Part shown: positions 50,603-61,020 of the stretch, in pieces
How the letters are laid out: every line of letters begins with the position of its first letter
Numbering within the stretch: position 1 is the first letter of the stretch
From: an uncultured Bacteroidales bacterium
GTDB taxonomy: Bacteria; Bacteroidota; Bacteroidia; Bacteroidales; VadinHA17
Length of the DNA: 64,000 nucleotides
NCBI GenBank assembly: GCA_963789985.1
Contig: CAWBNA010000031.1
Coordinates: 136,043-200,042, forward strand
Direction of reading: 5' to 3'
Translations under genes and position numbers: made by a program
Notes under the pieces: generated by a model
What the model was told of the DNA's origin: nothing
What the model saw: the letters and a program-made list of their open reading frames with translations, nothing else
Databases searched by the model: none

Positions 50603-53014
50603 TCAGAAGGGATAGCCAATCCCGAGAACAACGGTGAAATCATCGCGTAAGCTGTAGCTCCTGCTCATTATAATCCATTTCGGTCCGGATGAAATTGAAG
50701 GATCACGCAGCTTCATGCCAAAGTCCACGCGGCCTATTACGAACTTGAAGTCAAACCTGAAGCCAGTTCCGGTGCCGACGGCAATATCCTTATAAAACTT
50801 ATCAAACTTAAAGACAGATCCCTGGCGGGAATCATCGTACCTGATGGTCCAGATGTTACCGGCATCGAGAAACAATGCGCTTTCGAGTATCCAGAAAAGC
50901 TTGAACCTGTATTCGGCATTACCTTCAAGTTTTATTTCAGCCGTCTGATTGATAAACCCTGTTGAGTTCGATTTATATGATCCGGGCCCCAGGGTCCTTA
51001 CCTGCCAGGCCCTTATATCGTTTGCACCGCCTCCGAAATACTGCTTTTCAAATGGGATGGCCTTCGAGTTTCCGTATGGAATACCGATTCCAAAAAAGCC
51101 ACGGTAAACAATAGAGCTTACATCATTCACAATTACATTGTATCTGAAATCGACGTCGGACCTAATATACTGTGCAAAAGGCTGTCCGAACACATTATAG
51201 CTGCCATTCACCCTTGAAATCCCAACGACTCTGCTGAAGACCGACAAAAGGTTTCCGGAGGCTTCAGCATTAACCCTTAAGAACCAGTAATCCTTCGATT
51301 TCTGTATTTTCTGGTTGTTGAAAATAAATGAATAGTTGCCTTCGAGAATCATCACGTTCCTGTAACTGTAGGCAAGGTATGAGGAACTGTTTATTGTCGC
51401 AAGGAATGTTGAGTCAATTGACAGAAGCCTTACAAGGTTAAGCTGAATCGGGTTTACAATATGAGTCCTGTATTTATGGCCAGACCAAGAATAGCCAAAG
51501 GTCGCGTTTGCGATGGTCCGTGTATAAAGAGGCATGTTCTGATAATCAAATGCTGCAATAATGCTTGTCGAAGGGCTATAGTTCTTTACGAACTTATCAT
51601 TACCAACAAACGGGAAAAGAAACCTCGGCAGCCGCAAACTGGTCTCAAATCCATATTCCCTGGTACTCCTAAGCTGTGTGTTCTCCTGAGTAACTGCCTC
51701 AAAGGCACCTTTGAGCTTTACATTTAAGATTTCTGCTCCGTGAAACAGGTTTTTGTGCTGATATACAAGATTAAGAGCACCTCCCAGGTTACCCGCTGAA
51801 TTAGTGCCCTCAACTTCAATATTGAACGATTGCTGGCTCAGAAGAGTAAGCTGGATATTTCCATCAAGCAGTAATTCAGACCCAGGGGACCCTTCCTGTG
51901 CCTTCACCTCGTTAAAGGAGATGTTTACCAGCCTGTAGGCTTTCAATGTCAGCAAATGGTTTTGTGTACGCTCAGTGTTTGTTGCACTGTAAATGGAACC
52001 TGGCTTAAGATACAGCGACTGTATAATATAATCATATTTAATCGCCTGAGTGCCTTTTTTTGATATGAAATAATACCCTTTGTAATTTACCGTATCCATA
52101 CTTTTCAGGTAAGAGTCTCCTTCTTCAAGCATTTCTTTTGGCACAAAGTCGGGATAAATATAAATGTTCCTGATCTTGTAGGTTGAAAATGAAACATAGG
52201 TGATCCTGCTGTACTGGTCTATATTAGTGTATTTCCGTATCCCGTAGTAAATATTTACCTGCCTTTTGCCGATTGTGCTGTCGACATTAAAATATATGTA
52301 ATCGCCTGAGAAACTGTAGAAACCACGGTCCCTTATGAATCGTTCAAGACGTGAACGCTCTGCCTGAAGAACATCAACATCATAAGGCTTTCCTCTTTCA
52401 ATCAGACAGTTGGCAGAATCTGAATCAAAAAGTTTCTTAATTGTAGTGTCTTCAATATCATAATAAAGGTTGCGTACGGTATAAGGCGCTTTAAGGTTTA
52501 TGTCATAAAAAACTTCAGATTTTTTCCTGGCAATTTTGACCGTATCGGTCACTTTACTGTCAAAATAACCTTTTGATGCAACATACGACTGCAGGTTGTT
52601 TTTACTCACCTCCGTTGAAAGCGGATCATAGATGACAGGTTCCTCTCCTATTCTTCTTAGCCATGAATGCGGCCATTTTTGCTTGTTAATATTGGAAAGG
52701 TTATACAGGCCAAGGTAAAACCTTGCACCAAATATCCTCTTATTTGGCTTCTGCTTGATATATTGAGCCAGATCTGTCTTCTTGAGACCTTCCCTGCTGA
52801 CCTCCAAATGATTGTTTTCCAGAAGCGTTTCTCCTTCAGGAACATATTTTGTAGGATTACAGGAATATATTACTGAAATTATAGCTAAAAGAAGAAAAAC
52901 TCCCTGAAAAATATTTTTTTTATTTGAACTGCTTTTTTTCAAAATTTGTAATTCAAAGCCAAAGCAAAAAGCAAATATATCAATATAAAAAACAACAGCT
53001 GACCAAGGCTTCAA
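50603..53014 (-). CDS. Omp85-family outer membrane protein, lipidated TamA-like (TamL-type)
   Basis: The C-terminal bacterial surface antigen barrel ends in GIGYPF. A lipoprotein signal LLLAIISVIYSC precedes the POTRA-like region. The only ATG (53014) adds about 25 odd residues. A TTG at 52942 giving (M)KKSSSNKKNIFQGVFLLLAIISVIYSC looks like a better start. Confidence 0.75.
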   Translation of the reverse strand: MKPWSAVVFYIDIFAFCFGFELQILKKSSSNKKNIFQGVFLLLAIISVIYSCNPTKYVPEGETLLENNHLEVSREGLKKTDLAQYIKQKPNKRIFGARFYLGLYNLSNINKQKWPHSWLRRIGEEPVIYDPLSTEVSKNNLQSYVASKGYFDSKVTDTVKIARKKSEVFYDINLKAPYTVRNLYYDIEDTTIKKLFDSDSANCLIERGKPYDVDVLQAERSRLERFIRDRGFYSFSGDYIYFNVDSTIGKRQVNIYYGIRKYTNIDQYSRITYVSFSTYKIRNIYIYPDFVPKEMLEEGDSYLKSMDTVNYKGYYFISKKGTQAIKYDYIIQSLYLKPGSIYSATNTERTQNHLLTLKAYRLVNISFNEVKAQEGSPGSELLLDGNIQLTLLSQQSFNIEVEGTNSAGNLGGALNLVYQHKNLFHGAEILNVKLKGAFEAVTQENTQLRSTREYGFETSLRLPRFLFPFVGNDKFVKNYSPSTSIIAAFDYQNMPLYTRTIANATFGYSWSGHKYRTHIVNPIQLNLVRLLSIDSTFLATINSSSYLAYSYRNVMILEGNYSFIFNNQKIQKSKDYWFLRVNAEASGNLLSVFSRVVGISRVNGSYNVFGQPFAQYIRSDVDFRYNVIVNDVSSIVYRGFFGIGIPYGNSKAIPFEKQYFGGGANDIRAWQVRTLGPGSYKSNSTGFINQTAEIKLEGNAEYRFKLFWILESALFLDAGNIWTIRYDDSRQGSVFKFDKFYKDIAVGTGTGFRFDFKFVIGRVDFGMKLRDPSISSGPKWIIMSRSYSLRDDFTVVLGIGYPF

Positions 53015-53068
53015 AAAATAAGCCGATCACTAATGTAAGGATGACAGCAAACTGAAAAAATTATTCCT

Positions 53069-53836
53069 ATGATAAGCAAAAACAAACTGAATTTTGTAAT
53101 ATCTCTCCAAAAGAAGAAAGCAAGGGAGGAAGAACATCTTTATGTCATTGAAGGCGACAAGCTCGTCAGGGAGTATCTTATGAATGGTATGAAGATGAGA
53201 CTTCTGACGGCAAAGCCGGAATTCATAGGCAGTCTGCCTTCTCCGCATAAAGAGCTTATTTCGGAAATTGAACCGGCAGGATATGACGACCTGAAAAAAA
53301 TGAGTACTCTGAAGACTCCTCATAATGCCATAGCAGTTGTCCCCATACCGGACCACAGGATAACTCCGATGGAAATATTCAAGGGTTTATCTGCCGCTCT
53401 TGATTTTGTTCAGGATCCGGGCAATATGGGCACCATAATCAGGGCAGCGGCCTGGTTCGGGATAAAAACAATAATCTGTTCAGAAAGCTGTGTTGATGTT
53501 TACAACCCTAAGGTTGTGCAGGCCTCAATGGGAGCATTGCTCAATGTCAATGTAATTTTCCTGAACCTTAGTGAATTCCTGGCAATTGCAAAGGCAAAAG
53601 GAGTCATTGTTTATGGCACAGCGCTTGATGGAGAACCGATCTATTCATCCCGTCTAAGCAAAAAAGGGATTATCCTGCTGGGAAATGAGTCAAGAGGGAT
53701 TTCTCCTGATCTTCTTCAGTATGTCACGAAAAAACTTGTTATTCCAAAAAATACTGACGCAATAATTGGGATAGAATCGCTCAATGTCGGTATGGCAGCG
53801 TCCGTAGTGTTTTCAGAGTTCGCAAGGAAAAAATAG
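53069..53836 (+). CDS. TrmH/SpoU-family RNA 2'-O-methyltransferase
   Basis: 255-aa ORF. Its SpoU motifs are DPGNMGTIIR, LLGNESRGIS and IESLNVGMAASV. Confidence 0.85.
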   Translation: MISKNKLNFVISLQKKKAREEEHLYVIEGDKLVREYLMNGMKMRLLTAKPEFIGSLPSPHKELISEIEPAGYDDLKKMSTLKTPHNAIAVVPIPDHRITPMEIFKGLSAALDFVQDPGNMGTIIRAAAWFGIKTIICSESCVDVYNPKVVQASMGALLNVNVIFLNLSEFLAIAKAKGVIVYGTALDGEPIYSSRLSKKGIILLGNESRGISPDLLQYVTKKLVIPKNTDAIIGIESLNVGMAASVVFSEFARKK

Positions 53837-53910
53837 AGTAAAAATTATTCACTTCTCTTAAGGCTTACCCTCACAGTCCAGCCATATGAAACAGGTGTTG
53901 AGACATTTAA

Positions 53911-54756
53911 TTATACTATATACTTACTGAACGGGGTAATCTTTGCTGCATTTGATTTTGTATCAATACTGACCAAAAAGTCTTTTGTGCCATTCCCGTC
54001 GTAATATATTGTATCTGAAATAATTTCAGGTATTTTACCTCTCCAGTCAACCTGCACGAATCCCTCTTTCCTTTCCCTTAAAAAGCCGTTAAAAACAGGC
54101 TTGTGAACCACAAGTGTACAGGCAGGGCTGATTTCCCTGAAAGCCACCTCTCCTCCGGTGTAATTCGGATTGATCTTCATGAATGGCATGCCGGCCAGCC
54201 CTGTGGCAAGAACACCGATTGTTTCAAGAACCTGTTTCTTTTTAAGTTTTCCAGCAATGGGCAGGGGAAGAAACCATAATGAAGATCCTGCAAAAAAAGC
54301 AAGAAAAGCAAGGTAACTCCGGGTCAGGGTTCCCTGGAATGCACCCTTTGTCAGTATAAGCAGCAGAGCGGGGCAAAAGCCAAGTGAATTGACAACTCCA
54401 AGTAAAACCGGTACAAGCTTCCTGTTTTCGACAGCAGTGACAATTTTTGCAGGGCACACCTTTTTCCGGTTGCGACCTATGCTGTACCATATCAGCATTA
54501 CCGCAAATACGATATATAACACGCCCGGAACATATGTTCTGACAACCGGTGCAGTTAAAAGAGCCTTCCCGAAGTACCAGGAAAGCGTGGCAAGCACAAA
54601 GTAAATGACCAGCCTGGTAAACATAAATGCAGAAAGATCAAAAGCGATCTTCCTTACGCCTGCCGGGCCGGCAAGGATGTATGGGAACATAACCATTCCG
54701 CATGTCACCAGACAGGCTGAACCACTGCTTAATCCAAGTATGAATGAATCGGTCAT
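53911..54756 (-). CDS. Membrane protein with DsbD_2/UreH-like transmembrane domain plus C-terminal soluble extension
   Basis: 281-aa ORF with about six TM helices. Cys motifs sit in TM1 (SACLVTCG) and TM4 (GFCPALL). The ~90-aa hydrophilic tail has no family I recognise. Confidence 0.45.
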   Translation of the reverse strand: MTDSFILGLSSGSACLVTCGMVMFPYILAGPAGVRKIAFDLSAFMFTRLVIYFVLATLSWYFGKALLTAPVVRTYVPGVLYIVFAVMLIWYSIGRNRKKVCPAKIVTAVENRKLVPVLLGVVNSLGFCPALLLILTKGAFQGTLTRSYLAFLAFFAGSSLWFLPLPIAGKLKKKQVLETIGVLATGLAGMPFMKINPNYTGGEVAFREISPACTLVVHKPVFNGFLRERKEGFVQVDWRGKIPEIISDTIYYDGNGTKDFLVSIDTKSNAAKITPFSKYIV

Positions 54757-54873
54757 CTACCTTTATTGAGGCTAATTTAACAGACATTTTTAACAATCCA
54801 AAAGAATTACGGTCACCTGCCTGCCAAAAGTATAAGAAAATGACCAAAGCCAATGATATAATTGTTGATCAGA

Positions 54874-56433
54874 TCAGGGATCGATCACCTTACTTACAGC
54901 TTCTGCAGCCCTCATTCCGTCTACAGCCGAAGAGATTATACCCCCTGCATAACCGGATCCTTCGCCGCAGGGATAAAGGCCCGAAATCCTCACATGATTC
55001 ATTTTGAGACTATCTCTCGGGATTCTGACAGGCGATGATGTTCTTGACTCAACACCCACGACTACAGCTTCTTCGGTGATGAATCCTTTCATCATCGAAT
55101 CGAAAAGCCTGAATCCCACAGAGAGCCTCCGTCCGATAAATTCCGGCATCCACTCATGCAGCGAAGAGGAAGTAACTCCCGGGAAATATGAGACTTTTGG
55201 CAGTGACCACGACTCTGCGCCTTTTATAAAATCAGTAAGCCTTTGGGCAGGAGCTCTCTGAGTTTTTCCTCCCTGTTCCCATGCCTTTCGTTCAAGGGTT
55301 TTCTGCAATTCAAGTCCTGCAAGAGTGCCTGATTGACGGTAATCATTGGTATCTTCCGGCCTGACCTCAACAAGGATACCTGAGTTTGCCCATGGGGAGT
55401 TCCTCAGGGAAGGTGACATCCCGTTAACCACGATTTCGCAAGGAGCTGTGGCTGAGGGCACTATAAACCCGCCAGGACACATGCAGAAAGAATAAACACC
55501 TCGTCCGTCCACCTGTCTCGCCAGATTGTATGCAGCTGCCGGAAGATATTCACCACGCTGCTGGCCATGATATTGTATCCTATCAATCAGTTCCTGGGGA
55601 TGTTCGACCCTGACACCAATGGCAAACGACTTCTGTTCCAGATCAATGCCCCTGTTGATGCACAAGCCGTAAATATCCCTTGCCGAATGCCCTGTTGCAA
55701 GTATCACAAAAGGTGACAGATATTTTTCATTTCCGGCTGCAATGATTCCTTTTATAGCTTCTTCTTCGATAATAAAATCGATTACCCGCTTTTCAAGAAG
55801 AAAGATTCCACCGGCATCAATTATTGATTTTCTGATAGATGAAATTATTCCGGGAAGCTTATCAGTTCCAAGGTGAGGGTGAGCCTCATAAAGAATGTTC
55901 TCATTAGCTCCGTGCAGGCAAAGCAGCTCCAGAACTCTTTTGTTATCCCCTCTTTTCTTTGAGCGGGTGTACAGCTTTCCGTCAGAATAGGCGCCGGCTC
56001 CTCCCTCACCAAAGCAGTAATTGCTGTCGGGATTTACAATATGCTTACGGCTTATCAGGGCAATATCCCTTTTCCGGGATGAGACATTCTTTCCCCTTTC
56101 AAGTATTACCGGCCTGATACCAAGCTCTATAAGCCTCAGCGCTGCAAAAAGTCCGGCAGGTCCTGCTCCGACAATTATCACTTCCCTTTTGTTTGTTACA
56201 TTCTGCGGCCTGAAAGGCTCAATGACAGGCATGTCCTGATCATTGCAGGTGTAAATCTCAACTGTCAGATTAATACTGATGTTTTGCTTCCGTGCGTCGA
56301 CCGATTTCCTGATTATCCTTAAAAGTTTAATATCCCGGACTGATATTCCTGAAACCGATGTAGCAGTTCTCCGCAGTTCTTCCGGGTCAGACGCTTTTCC
56401 CGGATCGAGGTTAAACTGAAGCAGGATTGCCAT
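54874..56433 (-). CDS. FAD-dependent oxidoreductase of the COG2509 type (uncharacterised FAD-dependent dehydrogenase)
   Basis: 519-aa ORF. After an ~80-aa N-terminal domain it has the dinucleotide motif VIIVGAGPAGLFAAL. CFGEGGAGAYSDGKL and the C-terminal GLYPCGEGSGYAGGI are typical of this family. Confidence 0.8.
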   Translation of the reverse strand: MAILLQFNLDPGKASDPEELRRTATSVSGISVRDIKLLRIIRKSVDARKQNISINLTVEIYTCNDQDMPVIEPFRPQNVTNKREVIIVGAGPAGLFAALRLIELGIRPVILERGKNVSSRKRDIALISRKHIVNPDSNYCFGEGGAGAYSDGKLYTRSKKRGDNKRVLELLCLHGANENILYEAHPHLGTDKLPGIISSIRKSIIDAGGIFLLEKRVIDFIIEEEAIKGIIAAGNEKYLSPFVILATGHSARDIYGLCINRGIDLEQKSFAIGVRVEHPQELIDRIQYHGQQRGEYLPAAAYNLARQVDGRGVYSFCMCPGGFIVPSATAPCEIVVNGMSPSLRNSPWANSGILVEVRPEDTNDYRQSGTLAGLELQKTLERKAWEQGGKTQRAPAQRLTDFIKGAESWSLPKVSYFPGVTSSSLHEWMPEFIGRRLSVGFRLFDSMMKGFITEEAVVVGVESRTSSPVRIPRDSLKMNHVRISGLYPCGEGSGYAGGIISSAVDGMRAAEAVSKVIDP

Positions 56434-56435
56434 TT

Positions 56436-57281
56436 CTATTCAAAATGGAATGCAAGAATCCATATTTGGGATTTCATCTTTTCAATGGCGTTGACGAATT
56501 CCGGATGTTTTGGAGCGGGTTCATGTACCAGAACATCCCTTAATCCATTTGACATTTTGAGCTCTATGGAAAGCTTGAAGTAAGGAAGGTAAAAGTCAAA
56601 TCCGGCACCGACTTCATAGTAAAAGTCCGATCTTTTCAGCCTGATGTATATAGGCTTTTCGTCATCATATTCCTTCTTGCCTGCAAGGTCGTAGCGATAA
56701 TTAATACCGGCAATCAGATAAGGCCTGACATTATTCAGTCTGTCTCCTTTGTACTTTAATGAGAAGGGAAATTCAAGAAAAGATGATTCTATCCTCTGTT
56801 TGTCATTATAGGTTTCTGCAACCTCATCTTTCCCTGTACTGTCAGAGATTTCAAAGAATTTTATATTCCTCTGTCCAAATGAAACGCCCGGCAGAAATCT
56901 GAGATCAAAATATTTACTAATTCGTAAGTTGGTGACTATCTGAATGTTTATTCCCGGATTCAGAATACTGACGGCAGGATTTAGCCATTTGTCAGAGCCC
57001 GATCCAAGAGGTGCTTTGGAAGGAGTTATATTTAAATCCATAAAGTTCATCCCAAGGCTGAACCCGAAATGCATCCACTTATCGTCATACCATGAATCAT
57101 TCTTTGGCTTCTGCTTCTGACCGAATCCTGCGGTACTACAAAGAGCAAATAACAGGCAAATGAATAATATGGATTTTTTTCTCAAGATACCGTTCGAATT
57201 ATTATTCCTGACCAAGATAATAAACTTGTTTAAAATCCAAATATTGTATTTATTCCTTAAAGCCTGAATAAATACTGGCAA
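56436..57281 (-). CDS. Outer-membrane beta-barrel protein, PorT-family-like
   Basis: 281-aa ORF with a signal-like LFICLLFALCSTAGFGQ and alternating hydrophobic beta-strand patterns ending in ILAFHFE. A position directly downstream of ubiE is common for PorT homologues. The start is uncertain, because the ORF overlaps ubiE by 32 nt. Confidence 0.55.
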   Translation of the reverse strand: MPVFIQALRNKYNIWILNKFIILVRNNNSNGILRKKSILFICLLFALCSTAGFGQKQKPKNDSWYDDKWMHFGFSLGMNFMDLNITPSKAPLGSGSDKWLNPAVSILNPGINIQIVTNLRISKYFDLRFLPGVSFGQRNIKFFEISDSTGKDEVAETYNDKQRIESSFLEFPFSLKYKGDRLNNVRPYLIAGINYRYDLAGKKEYDDEKPIYIRLKRSDFYYEVGAGFDFYLPYFKLSIELKMSNGLRDVLVHEPAPKHPEFVNAIEKMKSQIWILAFHFE

Positions 57282-57972
57282 CCCCTAGTGTAAGCTTTTT
57301 TTGGGTAACTCCTAAAAACCCGGCTTTTCTCATCATTACCATAAATTCTTCATTATCAGGGAATTTAATGACGGATTCATTAAGATACCTGTAGGCGCTC
57401 CTGTCTTTGGAAAGTTTTTTACCGATAAAGGGCAGAATATCTCTGAAGTAGAAATTGTAGATCTGCTTAAAAAGCGGTCTTTCAGGCTTTGAAAATTCAA
57501 GAATAACTGCCATTCCTCCATTCCTGATCACCCTGTTCATTTCAGAAAGGCCTCTGCCCGGATCGGCAAAATTTCTGACTCCAAATGCTACGATGGCAAC
57601 ATCGAAGGTATTGTCCTCAAAACAGATATTTTCCGAATCGCAGTTTATAAAACTGATGATGTCCGAAAGGCCTTTGTCTTTAGCTTTTTTCCCAGCAATG
57701 CTGAGCATATTTTCAGAGATATCGATTCCGGTGATCCCTGAAGGGTCCAGCTTTAATGCAGCAATTGCAAAATCACCGGTACCTGTGGCTACATCTATTA
57801 TTTTGGGATTCAGATACTTACCTGAGATCTTACTTATTGCTTTTCCCCGCCATGACCGGTCGATGCCGAATGAAAGTATATGATTCAGGAAATCGTACCT
57901 CCAGGCTATCGAATCGAACATCGGCACCAGATGGTCTTTATCCTTGTTGAGTATTTCCTGGTTGTTATCCAT
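57250..57972 (-). CDS. ubiE: Demethylmenaquinone / ubiquinone-menaquinone C-methyltransferase
   Basis: 240-aa ORF. FDSIAWRYDFLNHILSFG, the SAM motif DVATGTGD and AFGVRN match UbiE/MenG. Confidence 0.9.
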   Translation of the reverse strand: MDNNQEILNKDKDHLVPMFDSIAWRYDFLNHILSFGIDRSWRGKAISKISGKYLNPKIIDVATGTGDFAIAALKLDPSGITGIDISENMLSIAGKKAKDKGLSDIISFINCDSENICFEDNTFDVAIVAFGVRNFADPGRGLSEMNRVIRNGGMAVILEFSKPERPLFKQIYNFYFRDILPFIGKKLSKDRSAYRYLNESVIKFPDNEEFMVMMRKAGFLGVTQKKLTLGVASIYSGFKE

Positions 57973-58081
57973 TTCAGTAAAACAAAAGGCAAAGATAAAT
58001 CATTTGCGATGAAAACCTCTTTTTCAGAAATATCGGACAAACCATTCATATAGCATATTAATCTTAAGTGAACTGTTTTTT

Positions 58082-58176
58082 CACGGAGAAAATCCGGAGA
58101 AGCACAGAAGTACCACAGAGCGATGATTTAGAAGCCTCTCCGGAATCCTGTGATCCCGATTTATCGGGATTCTGTG
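58082..58176. repeat. Word-array palindromic intergenic element, copy G (mixed CACGGAG/TCCGGAG/CACAGAG words; degenerate right arm)
   Basis: Left arm: CACGGAG (58082-88), TCCGGAG (58093-99), CACAGAAG (58103-10), CACAGAG (58114-20), at 10-11-nt spacing. Right arm: TCTCCGG (58137-43), CCTGTG and TCTGTG, interrupted by the nested palindrome ATCCCGAT-TT-ATCGGGAT (58153-70). Confidence 0.55.
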
Positions 58177-58306
58177 ACTCTATTTACAATCGCTGGCAGG
58201 GCTGTATTTACCCATTTCCGAATAAAATAAAACTCAATTATTTGTCTTATTGTTAACTTAGGACAAAGTATATATTTTGCCTATTTTTACCTGAAATAAT
58301 AAAATT

Positions 58307-59065
58307 ATGGACAAAATTATAATGATTACCGGAGCCACATCCGGGTTCGGAAGGGCTACTGCAGTAAAATTTGCAAAGAACGGATACAATGTAATGATAA
58401 CGGGCCGAAGGAAAGAAAGGCTGAAGGAACTTGAAAAAGAGCTTGCAGCTTTTAAAGTTAAAGTCCTCTCCCTCAATTTTGATGTCAGGGACAAAACGGA
58501 GGTAGGGTCAGCAATCAGAACCCTTCCCCCTGAATGGAAAAACATTGATATACTGGTAAATAATGCCGGACTGGCTGCAGGACTGGGACATATCGACAGC
58601 GGTGACACCGACGACTGGGACAGGATGATAGATACAAATTTGAAGGGACTGCTGTACGTCACCCGGGCAGTCGTTCCGTTAATGGTATCAAGGAATAAGG
58701 GCCATATATTTAACATTTCATCAATTGCCGGCAAGGAGGTTTACGAGAACGGCAATGTCTATTGCGCATCGAAACATGCCGTCGACGCTCTTTCAAGAGC
58801 TATGAGGATCGATCTCCTTACTCACAGCATAAAGGTCACCAATATAGCACCGGGGATGGCAGAAACAGAATTCTCGCTTGTCCGGTTTCACGGCGACAGG
58901 GAAAAGGCAGATGCAGTGTACAAGGGAGTCGATCCGCTTGTCGCAGAGGATATAGCCAATGTCATCTGGTTCTGTGCAACCCTTCCGGCTCATGTCTGCA
59001 TAAATGACCTTGTGATTACTCCCACACAGCAATCAGGCGTAGGACAGGTGTTCAAACGCACGTAA
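58307..59065 (+). CDS. Short-chain dehydrogenase/reductase (YdfG-like NADP-dependent 3-hydroxy acid dehydrogenase)
   Basis: 252-aa ORF with TGATSGFG, NNAG and the catalytic YCASK. Confidence 0.85.
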   Translation: MDKIIMITGATSGFGRATAVKFAKNGYNVMITGRRKERLKELEKELAAFKVKVLSLNFDVRDKTEVGSAIRTLPPEWKNIDILVNNAGLAAGLGHIDSGDTDDWDRMIDTNLKGLLYVTRAVVPLMVSRNKGHIFNISSIAGKEVYENGNVYCASKHAVDALSRAMRIDLLTHSIKVTNIAPGMAETEFSLVRFHGDREKADAVYKGVDPLVAEDIANVIWFCATLPAHVCINDLVITPTQQSGVGQVFKRT

Positions 59066-59134
59066 GATAAAAGACAAGTGGATTATTTTTATTTTAACTC
59101 TGCTTCTGTTTCCATTTGTGACTGCAGGGCTATA

Positions 59135-59890
59135 TCATTGATTCATAAATCCCTGATCGCTAAGTACCTGTAACAAAGATTTTGAAAAAGCAATATTATC
59201 AGCCTTTGTATACCTGACATCAGTGAAAACCTGAGCCAGCGTCTCCTTTCCGTTCTCATTCACAAACTGCTTTGAATCGTCCCTCCCTTCCTTCTCAGAA
59301 TAAAAATTGTCTATATCGGCTTCCGTGTAATCCTTGTATACTTCATTATGGACTATTGCCTCAAGTGGCAGTCTGTCAGGCTGGTCGGGATCCTCATCAG
59401 GCCATCCGGCTGTGACGGTCGCGACCGGAACAACACCCCTGGGAAGCTTAAGGACATCTATTATCCCCCGGGCCATGTATGTTGTTGTGCCAAGGTAGCA
59501 AATCCCCAGCCCTTTTGCTTCAGCAGCAATGCATACAGTCTGGGCAGCTATGATTGCATCAATGGCTGCACTCATTAACGACAGGAAGTTATCATAGCCA
59601 GGCTCTGCTTTTCTGAATTCACACCATTTGCTGAACCTGTTGAAATCGGCACAGAAGGTAAGCACCACTGGGGCATCAGTTATCATGCTCTGGTTGAAAT
59701 GCAAAGGAAAAAGCTCCATTTTAATGCTCTGCTCCCTTGTCACAATAATACTGTATGCCTGCATGTTCCCTGTGTTTGAACTCCTGCATCCGGCTGTGAG
59801 CAATTCATTCAAAAGCTCTTCGCTTAAAGGTTCCGGTGAATATTTTCTTATCGATCTTCTTGTAAAAAGGGAATTCATAAGAGTGTCCAT
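59135..59890 (-). CDS. Nitroreductase-family NAD(P)H-dependent oxidoreductase (NfsA-like size)
   Basis: I prefer the start MDTLMNSLFTRRSIRKY at 59890; the track start is 59941. It has the RRSIRKY motif and a CRSSNTGN segment. Confidence 0.8.
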   Translation of the reverse strand: MDTLMNSLFTRRSIRKYSPEPLSEELLNELLTAGCRSSNTGNMQAYSIIVTREQSIKMELFPLHFNQSMITDAPVVLTFCADFNRFSKWCEFRKAEPGYDNFLSLMSAAIDAIIAAQTVCIAAEAKGLGICYLGTTTYMARGIIDVLKLPRGVVPVATVTAGWPDEDPDQPDRLPLEAIVHNEVYKDYTEADIDNFYSEKEGRDDSKQFVNENGKETLAQVFTDVRYTKADNIAFSKSLLQVLSDQGFMNQ

Positions 59891-60012
59891 ATACATAAAT
59901 ATTTTATCGTGCAAAGTAAACAAATTATGAAAAGACCACATGGAATGGTGAACAGGATTTTCTTATCTTAGCATGATTCAACTAATATTTCAATAAACAA
60001 AAATATCATACA

Positions 60013-61005
60013 ATGAGCAGACCAGTAACATTATTCACGGGCCAGTGGGCTGATTTACCGTTTGAGACTGTTTGCAAAAAAGCAAAATCATTTGGATATG
60101 ACGGTCTTGAGATTGCCTGCTGGGGCGATCATTTTGAAATTGACAAAGCTGATGAAGTATACTGCAAGGCCAAAAGGAAAATGCTGGAGAAGTACGGGCT
60201 GAAGGTATTTGCTATTTCCAGCCATCTTGTCGGTCAGGCTGTTGCCGACCGGATCGACGAAAGGCATAAAAACATTCTCCCCGGCTATGTATGGGGCGAC
60301 GGTGATCCTGAAGGAGTACGCCGGCGTGCAGCTCAGGAAATAATAAAAACGGGGAAAGCTGCAAAGAGACTCGGGGTTGACCTTGTAGTCGGGTTCACCG
60401 GCAGCCCCATCTGGCATCTTTGTTATTCCTTCCCTGCAGTTCCTCCATCTATGATAGAGGATGGCTACAAAGAGTTTGCAAAACGCTGGACCCCGATCCT
60501 TGATGCTTATAAAAAGCTTGGAATAAAGTTTGCGCTTGAGGCGCATCCGACAGAAATCGCTTTCGACATTGCTTCAGCCCGGAAAGCCCTGAAAGCATTG
60601 AATAACCATCCTGCCTTCGGCTTTAATTATGACCCATCGCATCTGGGGTACCAGGGCGTTGATTATATTGAATTCATCAACATTTTCAGCGACAGGATAT
60701 TTCATGTCCACATTAAGGATGCAGGCTGGTCGGAATATCCTGCCGAAGCAGGTGTTTTCGGCGGACATACAGAGTTCGGGGCAAAGGGCAGGTACTGGGA
60801 TTTTAGAAGTCCGGGGCGTGGGAATGTCAATTTTGAAGGTATTATCAGGGCATTGAACAGGATCGGATACTCCGGACCGTTATCTGTTGAATGGGAAGAC
60901 AGCGGTATGGACCGGGAGCATGGGGCCAGGGAAGCTCTTGAATATGTTAAGGCTATTGACTTCCCGCCTTCAAATATTGCTTTTGATGCGGCTTTTGAAA
61001 AATAA
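60013..61005 (+). CDS. Sugar phosphate isomerase/epimerase (xylose-isomerase-like TIM barrel)
   Basis: 330-aa ORF. The patterns [30 protein letters not shown] and SVEWED are typical of the AP_endonuc_2 / xylose-isomerase-like TIM barrel family. Confidence 0.8.
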   Translation: MSRPVTLFTGQWADLPFETVCKKAKSFGYDGLEIACWGDHFEIDKADEVYCKAKRKMLEKYGLKVFAISSHLVGQAVADRIDERHKNILPGYVWGDGDPEGVRRRAAQEIIKTGKAAKRLGVDLVVGFTGSPIWHLCYSFPAVPPSMIEDGYKEFAKRWTPILDAYKKLGIKFALEAHPTEIAFDIASARKALKALNNHPAFGFNYDPSHLGYQGVDYIEFINIFSDRIFHVHIKDAGWSEYPAEAGVFGGHTEFGAKGRYWDFRSPGRGNVNFEGIIRALNRIGYSGPLSVEWEDSGMDREHGAREALEYVKAIDFPPSNIAFDAAFEK

Positions 61006-61020
61006 ATAAAAATCAAAAAG

